Shown here: positions 44,117 to 58,533 of the stretch, piece after piece
How positions within the stretch are numbered: position 1 is the stretch's first letter
Layout: each line of letters opens with the position of its first letter
Assembly (NCBI RefSeq): GCF_009834535.1
Contig: NC_045697.1
Span: forward strand, 114,578,001-114,642,000
Reading direction: 5' to 3'
Length of the DNA stretch: 64,000 nt
Source: Camelus ferus
Taxonomy: Eukaryota
The notes under the pieces: generated by a model
Told to the model about the DNA's origin: nothing
Database searches by the model: none
The model's input: the letters and a program-made list of their open reading frames with translations, nothing else
Program-made: the position numbers and the translations under genes

Positions 44117-45853
44117 AAAACAAACCTTTTGATAAAGCACGCAGGCTGCATGGCTTCTAATTTACAGTCTTATTCCTACCGCTTTTTATCAGTGTAATCC
44201 TTATTAGCCCATAATCACTTTGGAATGGTTTACTTATCTTTAAAATGAAAGAATTAGAGCATTTTCAGGTCCCATGTTTCTATATATTATCTCACCTCCC
44301 ACTGTTACTGCTTTATTTAAGATATTTATGTCTCCCTGCACCGCCTCGTGCACCATTCTCCTAGTCTCAGTTGGTTCATCCAGATAATACTTTTCAACAC
44401 AAATCAAATTACAGCCCAAGGGACTAGAGAACCAGGCTCCCTCGTGGTGTGGAAGCTGAGCTCTGTTAGAAGTGGTGCTTTTCTACCAATTCAAGGAATC
44501 ACAGGGGTGTGAGTGCACTTTCTCTCAGGAGCCTCGCTGTTCTGAGAGAGGCTGACAGGCAGTGGGTGGCAGCCAGCTGTCAGACAAGACAGATTTGCAG
44601 TGCATTCCTCAAAGTGATGGGACTATAGAAAGGAAGACATTAAAAAATCAAGTTAGTGTCAATGCTACGTTTCTTCCCAGCTAGAGGAGGCATTGCTTAA
44701 CATTACCCGTTTTGCAGGCGATCTCAAGAAGTAACAACACTGCCTCCTTTGCTTACAGATATTAGGACAGCCTTTATTTGATTGGGCAGGATGTCTGCTT
44801 TACTGAGAAAATTTATTGGGATTTAGTTCAATTAAATTAAAGGTGGGATCTCTAAATCAGATACTGTGCACCATCAGGAAACAAAGATGAATGAGATACT
44901 ACTGTTGTCTATACGAAGTTTCCAGTTCAGTGAGAACTTAACAATCAAGTTAGCTGTTTGGCAACTTTCTCTCTCTTTTTTTTTTTTTTTTTTTTTGTCA
45001 ATTCAATTTTGCATCTATGCTTTGCAGCACTGCTAGCCTGGGGACCAGCCAAGAAGGTGGTCCATGAGTGTGATGTTACTGTGTTTTAGACAGCAACACA
45101 GCTCCCCACCAACTGGTAAGTATTCACTTTTGGAATAAATGGGCATAGCATATATTAGCAACTTGACATTTTTAGAAGAAGAGTTCTGTGTGTCCACAGC
45201 TACCCTGATCTTCTAATCTTCAAATTCTCTCCTTTATTTTTTCTGGGGTACTTTTAGTCTTTGGTTCACCCATTTATGAAGTATTTAGTAAGTGCCAACT
45301 ATTGGCAGGCTTTGCTCTGGGTACTGCTTGTACAGGAACAAAACTGGCAAAGACTTTGCTTGAAAGGGGGCTTACTTTCTAGTAGGGGGAGAAGCTGGAA
45401 GCTGGGAGGACAAATTTCTCTTCCTCTCCTAACTCTTTGACTCCTTGACCTGAACTCTCTCCTATTTTTGGTTTTGAAAGCTGTGTTTCGGCCAATTCCC
45501 ATTTCTGTTTTCTGTGCTTTGTTATTTAGCCCTGCCCAGGTGCTTCTATCAGCCCTCCTTTTGAATCACCACTGTTCTCAGTCACACCATTCAGGACTTT
45601 CTGGGGAAAAATAAATAAGTCACATGTACACAAAGTTAACTGATGCTAAAACAGGGAGGCATGAAGTCTCATGGAGCTAGCCTGGGAACTTTAACCCATA
45701 GTTATCAAGGCCTTTTTTTTGTCAAGCTTAGCAAGCTGCCCTTAAATGCAACTTAAAGCCACCAAGCAACTTCTAACTTAAAGTCACTAATGAATAATAC
45801 AACTTCCTACCCTATACTGAATTTTTACAAATTGCAGCATAAATGAGTCATTA

Positions 45854-46385
45854 TGTTACCAAGTCCAAACTCATTCTGCTTGCCGCAACACAGGCCAGTA
45901 AATCAGGAGACAAAGTGTTGAGGCGAGGAATAGCCACTTCATTTGAAAAGCCAGCAGACCAAGAAGATGAGAGACTAATGTTCTGGAGAACCATCTTCCC
46001 CAAGTCAGAGTTCGGGCTCATTTTATCCTAAAAAGGGGAGAGGGTGTTCTTGGTTGTTGCAAACCTCTTGGTGTAGGAATTCTTTGTTCTGGCAGCTGTC
46101 CACATGGGTCAGGTCATGGTGTCCCTGTAAAACTTCTAACAAAACAAACATTATTTTCTAGCCTGCAACTTGTTATCTTTATGTAAGTGCAAAAGTGTTA
46201 ATATCCTTAAAGGTCAGAGCCTTGAGAATAGGCTCTCCTGCATGTTTCAGGCTCCGGGCAACATTGTTTTACAAAAGGTGCAGAGTTAGCATGACTAAGC
46301 CTAGAAAACAGGGCACAGGGTTAGAGCCAAAGGAACAGATTTAGTTTAATACAGAGTCAGATTTGTTCTTTTGTACTGTAATTAC
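45854..46385 (-). mobile_element. ERV1-type solo LTR, family A copy 2 (inverted)
   Basis: Reverse complement of the 41885 LTR (tgttaccaagtccaaactc...ccttaaaggtcagagc...gagtcagatttgttctt). atta at 45850 and 46381; right end ambiguous. Confidence 0.9.
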
Positions 46386-47599
46386 AAATAAGGGAATTCA
46401 AATTCATTTTAGAATGTTGAGTACTACACATAGACCATGGTTTGCCTAAAGGACTGTGAGCCAAGACGCCCAGAGAAATGTGAATATGTGACTCTGGTTC
46501 TAACTCTACAGCTCTGAGTTCAGGAACACACTTGTCCTGGGCTTTCTTAGCCTCGGAGGCTGCTGGTGACCACTGAGGAGTCTGCTCATGCCTGTGTCCC
46601 CTCCCCTCCCTCGCTCTGTAGTCACACGGCAGATAGTGCTACCCGAAACTGACACTGAGGAGATGTACAGCCTACTTCAGCTACTATGTGATACAATGGC
46701 TCTAGCCTCGTAGATATAAAAAAGTTGAGTTTGGATGGCTCATTTGGGTTTCCTGGAGCTATGATGCAACCCCCTCTCTCAAATTATTATTTCCTGGAAC
46801 ACATGAAAATTTTTAAGTTTTAAGAACATTATACCAACTAAATCTTAGGAAGAATGGTGCTTCTCTCTGTTATGTATTCTGACTGCACAGACTTACTTAT
46901 GAGTAGTTTAGATGACTTGCTATGGAAACCTTAGACCATCTAGGGCCAACCTCAGTGGGAAGACACCAGGGTGATAAAGGGAGTGGAGGTGGAGAGGAGC
47001 AACAGAACGCCTGATTGAACTGATCCACTTCCGTGACTCCACCATTAAGATATAGGATGGCAAGCTGAATTCCCAGTAGAGTATGAAGACACCTCTTAGG
47101 GACCTTGCTTATCTGATTATATTAGACTTTAAAAAGAATCAGTGCATTTCCTTGGTGACTGTTAACCGTTCTGGAGAAGATAGAGGCAACGGAGTTTGCA
47201 TGAATTCTGGGTTTTGTGGATTATGCCATGCATTCAAAACACAGAAAAGAGGCTTGCTGTAATGCTGAACAGACGTGGGGCCATCATGGTGAATAGTCAA
47301 AATGAAGGGGGAGCTAAAAATGTTTAGCATGAGCTCTGTTCTATGACACACTGAGATGACATTCCAGTGCTGTAGGGAATACAACCAAATGCTAAATCTT
47401 GCTTATGCATTGAGTGCCTGGCCTTCTCTCAGGTTTAAGAGGTCATGGTCTGATCTTCCTCAAGCTGAACGTAGTGGGGAATTGGAAACAGTACTGGCTC
47501 TCAGGAAGACCTCAGGAAATATGACCTCTAGTTAAAGAAGTGGAATACGCAAATGATTGGGGTTGAAGGACAATAACACATATAGCTCTTTGTATTTAC

Positions 47600-47805
47600 A
47601 TTCTTCTTACTTGCTTGAAGCATTTTAACTGTCTGGATGCTCATGGCCACTCTGTGAATTAGGTACCATTGAAACTCACGTTATTGATTAGGGAAAGTGA
47701 AGCACAGAGCGATTAAGTAACTCGGCCAGAGTCACACAGCTAATAGGAGGTGGAGTTAGACTATGAATTCAGGATGTCTGGCTCCGGAGGCCATGCTATT
47801 CATCA
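47600..47805 (-). mobile_element. MIR
   Basis: gggaaagtgaagcacagagcgattaagtaactcggccagagtcacacagctaat...tgtctggctcc. Confidence 0.75.
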
Positions 47806-48421
47806 CTGGAGTAGTGGGAGCTCAGCTGCTGGACGAGATTGGTGTGCTGACGTTGGTCTGGTCTGTGATGGTTTCTCCCGCTCTATTACAAACTCTGTTA
47901 CAAAAAGTTTGCATTTCCTTGGGAAAAGACTCAGGACATCTCTAGTGTGTTGTCCCAGAAACAAGTGTGTTCGATGTTAATGATATTAATATTGCTCAAG
48001 AGAGTGTAATCTGTTATGACAGGTCATGACACTCACCACCTGGATTCTGACAAATCGTGTTGACATCACGCATGAATCAGTAGTGAAATGATTTCTCAGT
48101 TGGAGAAGACGCGTGATATACTAAGACTGACAGCTCAAAAAGAAAGAAAACAAAGCTTACAAATAGATTATTTCGAAGTCTGTCCTAGCATGACATATCA
48201 AGGAGTGAAATTATTTAGGATTTGGTGAAACCTTAAACTGGATGTAATTTGGGGACACATAGGTCAAATCACATACAAAAGGGATGTTTCTGAAGAGGTT
48301 AATACAACTTCCCAATTGCTCTGTGACATTTAAAGTGTCAGCTACAGAGACTCACACAAACACTGCTGCAGTCACACTGCAGCACGCACAGTTTGTGTAC
48401 ACAGAGACCTCGATCAACAGA

Positions 48422-48942
48422 TGTAATAGGGAAGAACAAACTTGACTGCATATGAGATCTGCTCCTTTAGCTCTAACCCTGTGCTCTGTTTCCTGTGCTG
48501 AGTCATGCTGGTTCTGCACCTTTTACAAAAGAACGTTGCCTAAAGCCTCAAATAGACAGGAGATCCCATTCTCAAGGCTCTGACCTTTAAGAGTGTAACA
48601 CTTTTCCATTCATATAAAGAAAAAGTTGCACAGCAGAGAATAACATTTTGGAGGTTTTGGAGGTTTTATAGGGACACCATGACCTGACCTACGTGGACAG
48701 CTACAAGAACAAAGGATTTTGCAAACAAGAAGTTTGCAACAACCAAGCACACCCCCTCCCCTTTTTAGTATAAAAGGAGCCTGAATTCTGACTTGGAGAA
48801 GATGGTTCTCCAGGACACGAGTTCACCATCTTCTCAGTTTGTCAGATTTCTGAATAAAGTCATGATATTTTGCCCCCACACCTCACCTCCAAGTCTTCTG
48901 GCCTGTGGTGCAGTCAGCAGGAGGAATTTGGACTCAGTAACA
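48422..48942 (+). mobile_element. ERV1-type solo LTR, family A copy 3
   Basis: TGTAAT...GTAACA termini, perfect TSD caga, colinear with the 41885 copy. Confidence 0.93.
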
Positions 48943-49201
48943 CAGATGCTTTCCTTCACTCTCTTTTGGAAAGATAGTTCCTACCCTGATGCTTGACACT
49001 GGTTGAGACTATTACTGAAGAATATCAAATAATTCTGTGAAAAGAGGTCCCAGTATTACACTGGGTGATACCAAAGATGCATTTAAATAAGATACCTGCT
49101 CAACAAAGCTGATTGTTTACATAGAAAGAGTACATGCCACTGTATGATTTCTAAAAAAAGGGAAGCAAAGGAATGAGCCGAAGTTTCCAAGAAAGTGTGA
49201 T

Positions 49202-49698
49202 TGTTAACAGGGAAGAACAAATCCATCTCCATATTGGATCTGCTTCTTTTACTTTAACCTTTATATTCTTTGCTTTTGCTACAAGTTAATCACTAAAGGG
49301 ATGTTGCCTATAGCTTCAAGTATAAAACCTTGCCTCCCATGCCTGAGCATTATGCTAAAATATCTTTGTTCAGCTCACAGGAAACACCCTGACTGGGCCC
49401 ATCTGTGAATGGCTGCAGGAAAGAAGAAATTAGCACAGCCCCTCTGGAGCCTGGCTGGAACCAGAAAATATTTGAAACAACTTATTGCCTTTTTTACTTT
49501 ACTTTCTCACCTACCCCTTTTTGTTCTATAAAAGAAACTAGTATCCAAACTTGGGCAAGATGGTTCTTTGGGACACTAGTCTGCCATCTTCTTAGTCTGC
49601 TGGCTTTCCAAATAAAATTGCTATTCCTTTCCCCCAAAACCCCTCTCTTGATTTATTGGCCTATCATACAGAGCAGTATTAGCTTGGACTAGGTAACA
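49202..49698 (+). mobile_element. ERV1-type solo LTR related to family A (shared ends, different U3 core)
   Basis: tgttaacagggaagaacaaatc...aagatggttc...ctgccatctt...aataaa...ggtaaca; no matching TSD seen. Confidence 0.85.
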
Positions 49699-51863
49699 AT
49701 ACTTAGGTTTTCATATCATATTTGTGACCTTGGCCAGATTATAAAGTGAGGGAGTGGGATAAACTCTATAGCTTGGATATCCTTTGATTTCTTAATCTTC
49801 TCACATCTTCCTCCTTATGTATAAGGAATTCTACCTGTCACTATTTCCCTCATACATTTGGAGAAATCAATATTTTGAATATTCTCTTTGTAACTTGTAT
49901 TTATCTTGTTGCTTACTTTGGTTGGCCAAAGTTTTCCCCATAACTGATAGGTCATCTTCCACTCTCCCAAACAGAAAAAAACAGAATTTCATAAAAACAA
50001 AAGCCATCCATGATGAACATACAAAATTCTCCTTTCATCAAAAATAATATTAATAAATCTTGGCAAATATTTTACACTTAGATGTAAATATGTTTATTTA
50101 AATGCCATAAAATTAGCTATTTAAAGATATCTCAAGGAGAGAAGAAAATTGTACAAGCTTTTGTTGACTTTGTGACAATGAATATAATAACATCAGATTG
50201 CATAAAAATGTTTTGAGTGGTTAGCTAGTCTCCCCTCCATACATGAGCCATTGTTTCCCTTGTGTTTCTTTGTTTGTTTGTTTTCCTTATTATTAGCTCT
50301 CTTCTAGCCAGCTGGGATTACAGCCACCAAAATTTCAAGAGCATTAGACAAGTGCGTGATTCAGAACTGAAGAGTCCTCAGTATTTCGGTTTTGTTCTTG
50401 TATTTCTCCTTTTGTGGGGGGAGGAAACGGTGTATTGAATTATAAAAGGGAGAGAACGGGAAAGAGATTCTTAATACCTTTTTCTTGAATGTTCTTGACA
50501 ATAAAATCATGAATTGTGGTTTCCTCTTTCAGAATTTTAATGTAGACTCACCACATGAAAGGCAAATTATTCTGAATTAAATATTGTGAAATCCCACTTA
50601 CTAAGGTTCACCAAGATTCTAAGCATTTTATTTCATGTGAAAAAAAAAGATCTCACTTCTTTCTTAGCAGACTAAGCTTTATAATTCTTCATAGTTTTTC
50701 TCTGTTGTATACCATAATTTTTCAGCATCTGAACATTTCCACACCTCAAGCTTACTGACACAATTTCTTTCTTTTATTAATATTAAAATAATATTATGTA
50801 AATACTTCTCTCAGGCATGGTGAGAAAATCAGAGTTTATTCAAATATTTTAAGTGAACCTTGGTGTTCTTACATTCCTTTTGGCTACACCGGACTCGATG
50901 TTACGGCTTTTGCTGATTTCTCTGCCTCTAATTTCTTAAATTACCACTGATTCAAGCAACATTTGGAGCAGGCTTGACTAAAACTTTGAAAAAAGAGATT
51001 GAGATGGTTACAAAGCAGGTAGCACTTCACAATACTTTAAATTTAGGTAATAGACACCGCTGTCCTTTATGAACCATTAAAGGTCCCAGCTTCCCAAATA
51101 GGACTGACCTATTGAACTTGAACTCTGGTGTCCATCACTCTTTAAAGTACACAGGACCGTGGTACCATAAATAAGCATAAACACAATGGTAATACAGATT
51201 TTTTTTTTTTATTGGAACATGTTATACCTTTCCAATAGTTTTAAAGTGTGGATATTCTCTTCAACATTTGTGTCTGCATTATTTGGGGTGTTTAATTACA
51301 TCACATGAATTCTTGATACCTTTCTTTCTAACTTAGCATAGTAACATATTAATATTGCAGATAATCAGGAATGAAATCTGCACGTTTCATTTACTTGTTT
51401 ATTCCACACTTCTTTGTTGGCTGTGACATCTGCAGCCCTGTACTTGTTTGCAGTCAGGAAACAAGACAGTAAATTAGGGCCTCTGCTTTCTGGTAGTTGA
51501 CAACTTTGGTGCTGGGAACCAGACGAGAGACATTTAACACTAAGAGACAACATCCTAAGAGCTGTAATAGCTACATAAACAAAATTCTGCCAGGGACACA
51601 GAAGTGATGGTGATTAAAGGCCTTATAATTGAATAGCATCTTGTAGTTTTCTTGGCACTAGTACATGGATAAGTTTATTTAATCCTCACAGCAATCCAAT
51701 ACGGTAGTTAATGGAGATATTATTTTTAACACATAACAAGGGAACAAAGTGTTCAGCAAGGCTCCAATGACAGAACCAGATTAAATCTCTTCAACTCCTA
51801 ACAAAACAAAACAAAAAAATTGTTTCTACTCTTTTTTTTTTTTACTTATCTTAGTTTATCTTT

Positions 51864-51998
51864 TTTTTTTTTTTTTTGTGGGAGGAGGTAATTAGGTTTG
51901 TTTGTTTATTCATTTATTTTCATGGAGGTACCAAAGATTGAACCCAGGACCTCCTGCATATTAAGCACACACTCTACCCCTGAGCTATACCCTCCCCC
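51864..51998 (-). mobile_element. tRNA-derived SINE (Vic-1-like)
   Basis: SINE head and tail on the minus strand; perfect 15-bp TSD tcttagtttatcttt at 51849-51863 and 51999-52013. Confidence 0.93.
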
Positions 51999-53676
51999 TC
52001 TTAGTTTATCTTTGATATTTAAATTTAAACCAGTAGAATGGTAAGCGTATTTCAACTTAAAAGAGTGGGTAGTGAAATATATTAACCTTTGATAGTTGGA
52101 AACTTACAAGTAAGAACAATAAAGATGATGCAAGGCCACCATTCTGTGCAGGAACTATTAGAAAAGCACCAGGTGAGTGACACTTCAGCGGCTGCTTTGT
52201 GCAATTTCAAGAGAAGAAAATGAACATGGAAGATCCAGAACAGCAATTAGAAAATGATCTGTCCTGAACAGTTTCAACATATGCCTTCCTGGAGGCAAGG
52301 AGCTGGATCAGAAAATGTCTCAAGATCCTGTTATCTCTTCCTCATGGGTACTGAAGTCAAGCTCTGTAACTCTCTTTGGCATCAGGTCCATAAATTTTTT
52401 GAGCCACTCAAGTGCTGTTTTGAGCATCACACATGCATGGCAGGTGCTAATGGCCCTCTCTAAGTGCCTAATTCACACTCAGACAGGGACTTGACTCCAC
52501 AGAAGAATGAATTTACTCAGTGTGGCTAAAACTGTTTAGATTCATTCCCACTAATGGACAGGCAATAGGTAAAAGGAAAAACAAACAAACAAACAAACTA
52601 AACAGAAACTGCACAAAATAATGGAAATGTAAAGGAGTAAATTGTACTTACAAAAAAAAGTTTACAGCTTTTGTTGTAGTCTAGAAGTTTTTAAAGTGCT
52701 GATGAAACAAAGTAAAGGTACATCTTGTCTGAAGCGAAAAGAGGGGGTTGAATGTTAAAAACTTGCATTTACTTTCAAAGTTATTTTACGTGTATCAACT
52801 CATTTGAAAGAAAGGAACTGATAATCCATCAAAAGAAAGAGAAAGTTTTAAATAAACCATATGGAGGTTTCAGGGAAACATCTTAACATAAAGGATAAAA
52901 ATTAAAGGTTAAAATTCATAAATTTGAGAAGACAGTATGGGTACCATGGGAATGTTTAAACAGAGCCTTCAAGAAAAAGTTTTAATACAAGAGTTGTGAA
53001 TTGAAAGAGTGTCAAAAGAAAACGTTAGTGTTTGAAACTCAAATAGCTGGATTTGTACTTAAGGGATGTGTGAAATACGACTGCTGGAATACAAGATCGA
53101 GGATAGGGATGTTTCTGTCTTGATCACAGACGTATGTGATATTTTACAAGGGGGTTTACGATGAGGACTCTAGACCTTTACAGAATATACATCTTGGGAA
53201 GCATCAAATTCAGCATTCCAAATGAAAATAACCTAAAGGGATGAGGTTTTATTAATTAACAAAAGAAATGTTAAGGAAAAAAGAATCTAATTCCATACAA
53301 AAGCTTTAGTGTTAATAGGATTGGAAGTAGATAAAACACTTATTTTATTATAAATTATATCAGGAAGAAATGAGACTATGAAACCTGCTCAAAGATTAAT
53401 AATTATCATATGAAGTGAATGTTCTGAGTGCTCAGGAAAAAAATACCTTAGAGAGTATAAAATACACTGAAGTTTAACTATAAAGGTTATAGTTTAACTG
53501 TAACTATCTTATAGACATTTGGGGTTCATCTGGGAAAAAAAAAGGAAAGAAGGAAAAAACCTGTTCTTGTGATGCTTACAATTTAGTAAGCAGAGAATGG
53601 CATCTAATAATAAACATAATTAGTAAATGATACCTTATAGTTAGAAGACAATATGTTCTATTTAAAATAGAGCAGG

Positions 53677-54237
53677 GGTCCATCGACAGAGTACTGGATA
53701 AAGAAGATGTGGTATATTTATACAATGGAATACTACTCAGCAATGATAAAGAATAAAATAATGCTATTTGCAGCAACATGGATGGACTTAGAGATTGTCA
53801 TTCTTAGTGAAGCAAGCCAGACAGAGAAGGAAAAACACCATATGATATCACTCATATGCAGAATCAAAAACAAAAACAAAAACAAATAAACAAACGAGAA
53901 AACAGAAAGAAAGAAAAAAGAGGACACTAATTAACTCATCTACAAAAGAAACAGACTCGCAGACATAGTAAACAATCTTATGGTTACTGGAGGAAAAGCA
54001 GTGGGAAGGGATATATTTGGGAGTTTGAGATTTGCAAATGTTAACCACTATATATAAAAATAGAGAAAAACCAGTTTTCTTCTGCATAGCATAGAGAATT
54101 ATATTCAATATCTTATAATAACCTTTAATGAAAAATAATATAAAAATGAATATATGTATGTATATACATGACTGTGATATTATGCTGTACACCAGAAATT
54201 GACACATTGTAACTAATTGTACTTCAATTAAAAACAG
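53677..54237 (+). mobile_element. 5'-truncated L1 (ORF2 end and 3' UTR)
   Basis: Peptide MWYIYTMEYYSA...FAATWMDLEIVILSE; TSD tagagcagg at 53668 and 54238; same family as 3241-4127. Confidence 0.93.
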
Positions 54238-54532
54238 TAGAGCAGGATAAGAAGAGAGGAGAATCTCAGGGCAGGGTAGATGTGGTGGCTAATTGTAGTA
54301 TGAAATAGGGCAGGTGGGATTGATTGCTAAGAAACTGTGATCTAAAAAGTGACTTGAAAGAGATGAAATCTTGTAGCAAGTGAATGTCTTCCAAAAGCCT
54401 ATTTCAGGCAGAGGGTATAGGTAAAACTAGATTCTAATGCAGGATCTCACTTGTGGTTTCAGAAAGAAAAAGGAGACTCTGGCTGGAGTCAAGGAGATAA
54501 AAGAAAGTCAAGTCAGAAAGGTAATAAAAGTC

Positions 54533-54908
54533 TGTACTAGTCAGTTTGGCCCCTCTTAACAAAGGACCATAGACTGGATGGTTTAAACAACAGAAATGTA
54601 TTTTCTTACAGTTTTGGAGATTGAAAATCCGAGATCAGGGAGCCAGCATTGTTGAGTTCTGATGAACGTGCTCTTCCTGGCTTTCAAATGTCTTTCTTCT
54701 TTCTGTGTCCTCCCATGGCTGAGAGACAAAGAGCAAGTTCTGTGGTATCTCCTCTTACAAAGACACTAATTCCATCATGAGGGCCCTACCCACATGATCT
54801 CATGTAAACCCAATTATCTCCCAAAGGCTTCACCTCCAAACATCATCACTTTGGAGGGGGCAGGAATTCAACATATGGGTTTTGGAGGGTTGATAAAATT
54901 CAATTCAG
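54533..54908 (-). mobile_element. MaLR LTR (MLT1A-like)
   Basis: Homologous to 21870-22244 (tttaaacaacagaaatgtattttcttacagttttggag...cccaaaggcttcacctccaaacatcatcac). Confidence 0.85.
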
Positions 54909-55770
54909 GGCAGAGCCAGATCTTGCAAGGCACTATAGATCATGGTAAGGTCTTTGTCCTTTACTCTGAGGGAAATGGAGGCTCATTGCTTGGTTTTGGC
55001 CAAAGAAGAGACAAAAATTATCTCATATTTTACAGGACCACAGCTGCAACTATCTTAAGAACAGATTGTAGAGACATGGGTAGAAATTGAGACCCAGTGG
55101 TTGTGGCAGCAATCACAACTTGATACAACAACAGCTTAGACCAGGGTTAACAGATGAAGAGGTAAAGAGACTAAGAGAAATGGTGGAAATCGAGGTGATA
55201 AGATTTCTGGATGAATGTGGCAGGTGAGAGGAAAAAATGACTTCAGGATTTTTCTGATTGAGTGAATGAGAGGCTGAAGTTACTATCAACAGAAATTGGG
55301 AAGACTATGGGGGAGCAGGCCTGGAAGAAAAAATTGGGAGTTAAATTTTTGATTTGTTGACTTGGAGATGTTTATTTGATACACAAGCTAGTGATATAAT
55401 TTTGTAAATTGTTAGCTTTTGCCATATTTTAAAGCATGGAACCAATGAGATCAAGAGATTAGTTATAAATAGGGAAAGAAGAGGACCAAGAATTAACACT
55501 AAGCAGTCTTGAAAGAAACAGAAGGAACCAGAAAAAGAGAAGTGAATTAGTTGAAAAATGATGTAATGTGGTATTCTGCAAACTATGTGAAATACGGCTA
55601 TCAGTAGTGTTAAATATATCCAACTTGGCTCAAACGTTATGTAAGACATTCTATTGAGAATTGAAAGGAGAATTTATCAATGGGGATGATATTGTTCTTC
55701 TTGAGGAGAACAGCATTGGTACAGAGGTGAGTTTCAAAGCCTGATTTAACTGGGATTAAGAAAGAATGAA

Positions 55771-55927
55771 GGAGGAGGATATAGCTCAAGTGGCAGACTG
55801 GGTGGTTGGCATGCACAAGGTCCTGGGTTCAATCCCCAGTACTTCCTCCAAAGACAAACAATAAACCAATAAAACTAATTACCTCCTGTTCCCAAAAAAC
55901 AAAAAGAGAGACAAACTTTAAAAAAAG
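55771..55927 (+). mobile_element. tRNA-derived SINE (Vic-1-like)
   Basis: ggatatagctcaagtggcaga...gtcctgggttcaatccccagtac...ctaattacctc with A-rich tail. Confidence 0.9.
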
Positions 55928-58533
55928 AGAATAGAAGAGCAAAATTGGAATCAACGACTCTTTCAAAGACATCCAGGTAGTGAAATGGGTTAGTGGCTAG
56001 TTTTGCTTTCATTTGCTAAAACTTCATTTTCAAAATTGCTTTCATTGTTTTTTTTCTTTAATAAGGAGAAATAGCATCATTATGGAAGGTGATTGGAATG
56101 ATCTAATATAGAGAATTTTTATTACAATTAAAAGAGACAAAGGAAAATTGCTAAAGGTATATACTTGAACAGGTAGGATGTAGAACACAGTGGAAGGACC
56201 TGAGTATTGGAAGAAAGGTGGAGTATCTGTGCAGATGCTGGAGAGTGTGGGGAAAAGCTGAGTTTTCTTCTTAAACCTTTAATTTCTTTGGGATAATAGA
56301 CATTGAAATCATCAACAGAATGTGAAGATCAAGAAAAGGGTCCTGGTGGTTTCATCCATAAAATTAATCCATCAGCATAGAACATATAATTTTAAATATG
56401 ATCTCAATAATGTTTGATATAAATATAAAATAAAAATTAATTTTCCTAATGTAAGTATTCCACATGAAAGCCTTCAAGAAGAAGTGAAACTTACAGGGTA
56501 AAGTGGAACCTTGAAACAGGAAAGAATGTTTGAAAAACAATGTGGACAGACTACAGTAAAGACAAGTAGACTTGAGACTGTCTCCACCTTCCAAGTACGA
56601 GTCACTGGTTACAGGCTACACCAACTAACTTTGCTTTTGATAAATTAGTTGAGATGTGGGCTGAATCTGGGTACAGGCAGAAACTTCTTTAGAGTTATTA
56701 ATCTGTTGGATGAGTGGAAAGGCCAAGCAGTAGGTAGAAAAGAGGGAAGAATGATAAATCTTTTTCCTGTTCTTTCTTCTAGCCACCAGCAAGGTTATGG
56801 AAGTATTTTGTATTGCACTGAATTTTCCTTTTCTATTAAACTGATTTGATTAAAAAAATTTTTTCCAGGTTTTGACTTCTCAAACTTTAAGCTTCATAAT
56901 GATGTGAACTTGTACTGTTTGTTATTAATCATTATTATAAGTACCAAGTTAGTCATAAAAACCTTAAAAGTTTTCTGTAGACATTGCAATTGCCTATTTC
57001 CATGTGCAGAACTCTATGTGTTTTTAGAACTAGGTACAAAGGACGGGTACTGGGAACAGGACAGATGTAAAGTCTCTGGCTGGGCAACTGGGCGACCCTG
57101 CGTTTCCCTATAGCACCTTATTTGACGCTCTCCTGGGAAACCATGGTGTACAGAAGCCCACAAATCCCTATTATAATTACTTCAGAGGGTAACTCCTAAA
57201 CCCCCTCTTTGTGGAAATTTCAACTTCCAAATTTTTTGAACTTCATTCTTCCTCAAGCATTCAACATAGCTTATATTCAGCACCAGCAGCAGAGTTTGTT
57301 TCTGAGGATCTGGTATCGCTCCACCTCTGGCTCTGGTCTCTAATCCACAGATGACTCGGATCATTCTCTTTGCATGAGACCCACTTTACAGCCCATGATG
57401 TGCAGTGTCAACACATTCTGGGAACTTCAGGACCCCAAGAGAAGTAGGCAGAGTGTAGACTGAGCAAAGGAGTACATCGTGACATTCACAAACAGAAGGC
57501 AACTCTTGAAAAGAGCTTTGAAGTTAGCAATTAGGGGGGAAAAAATGGAAAGAATGCCAGGCAGAGAGAAGAGAGAAAAGTGACAAGATTGATGAGAAAG
57601 ATAGGTCATATTTTTAAAGCTGCAAGAAATTTGAGTTGTGTCCAGAGAAGGATGGCTATGGAAAAGCTGGATGAAAGACATATTAACGAGTTTGAATTGT
57701 AATGTTAAGTGAAACTTGAGAATTGCTATACAAATCTATTTGAGACAGGAATAATTCCTATGAGCTGGGGAAAAATAATAATGTTATTCATTACTTAACA
57801 TAGATTTACTGTAAGAAAAAAAAAATAACCTAACAAAACCATTAAAATATTTTAGCTGAATTCAATGTGTGTGTACGTGTGTCTGCTTGTATTCAGGAGA
57901 ATACGCCCTATTCTCACTGGTATTACTTCAACTGAAAATTGTTAGCGAGGAACCCACCCCTCTCTTCACATTAATTAGGAAAGAATTGAGTGGAGAAAAA
58001 TTAGGAAAACCGTTCCAGTGGAAATCTTTTTTAGAGCCAGATTTTATATACCAAATCCTTTTGTAAGGAGAAAAACAGAAGGTTTAAAGTAGATCAAACC
58101 TCACTTATTTTTATGAACCCATCACTTATATTTAATGTATTTGTTCATAGAAGAACTTGTCTGTGAAACACAGCACACTCATTTGTCATTTCATCACACA
58201 GGATGGGCTTTGAGAATATCGATTCAGGGCATTTGGAAAGATGTAGGCAAGTAATACATCATAGATTTCCAAAAGTGGCACATCTTTAAATGGAGGGAGA
58301 AACAGGAACAGGAGCTGACAGTCCAGAAGGCAAACCTTGGTGTAAATGAGTAATTGAGATCTGGAGAGGACAAAGTCAGAACCGTGGAAGAGGTAGACCT
58401 GGACCCCAGTGACAGGATTTGAATAGACAGAGCGGAGAAAACGGGGCATTTCACATGGAGAAAATGGGTCACAGGAAATCAGGCCTGATTATCTGCTGGG
58501 AAAAGTGGACCCTTTAAGAATGGAGGATTCACA

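Larger units (their letters stand above)
54250..56350. mobile_element. Degraded L2 fragments surrounding the MLT1A and a SINE
   Basis: L2-like purine-rich motifs such as tttactctgagggaaatggaggctcattg and agatttctggatgaatgtgg; boundaries approximate. Confidence 0.55.

Noticed and set aside
41885..48942. Possible full provirus between same-strand family A LTRs
   Set aside because: Each LTR has its own TSD, I saw no PBS or gag/pol/env remnant, and the intervening DNA is L1, MIR and unique sequence.
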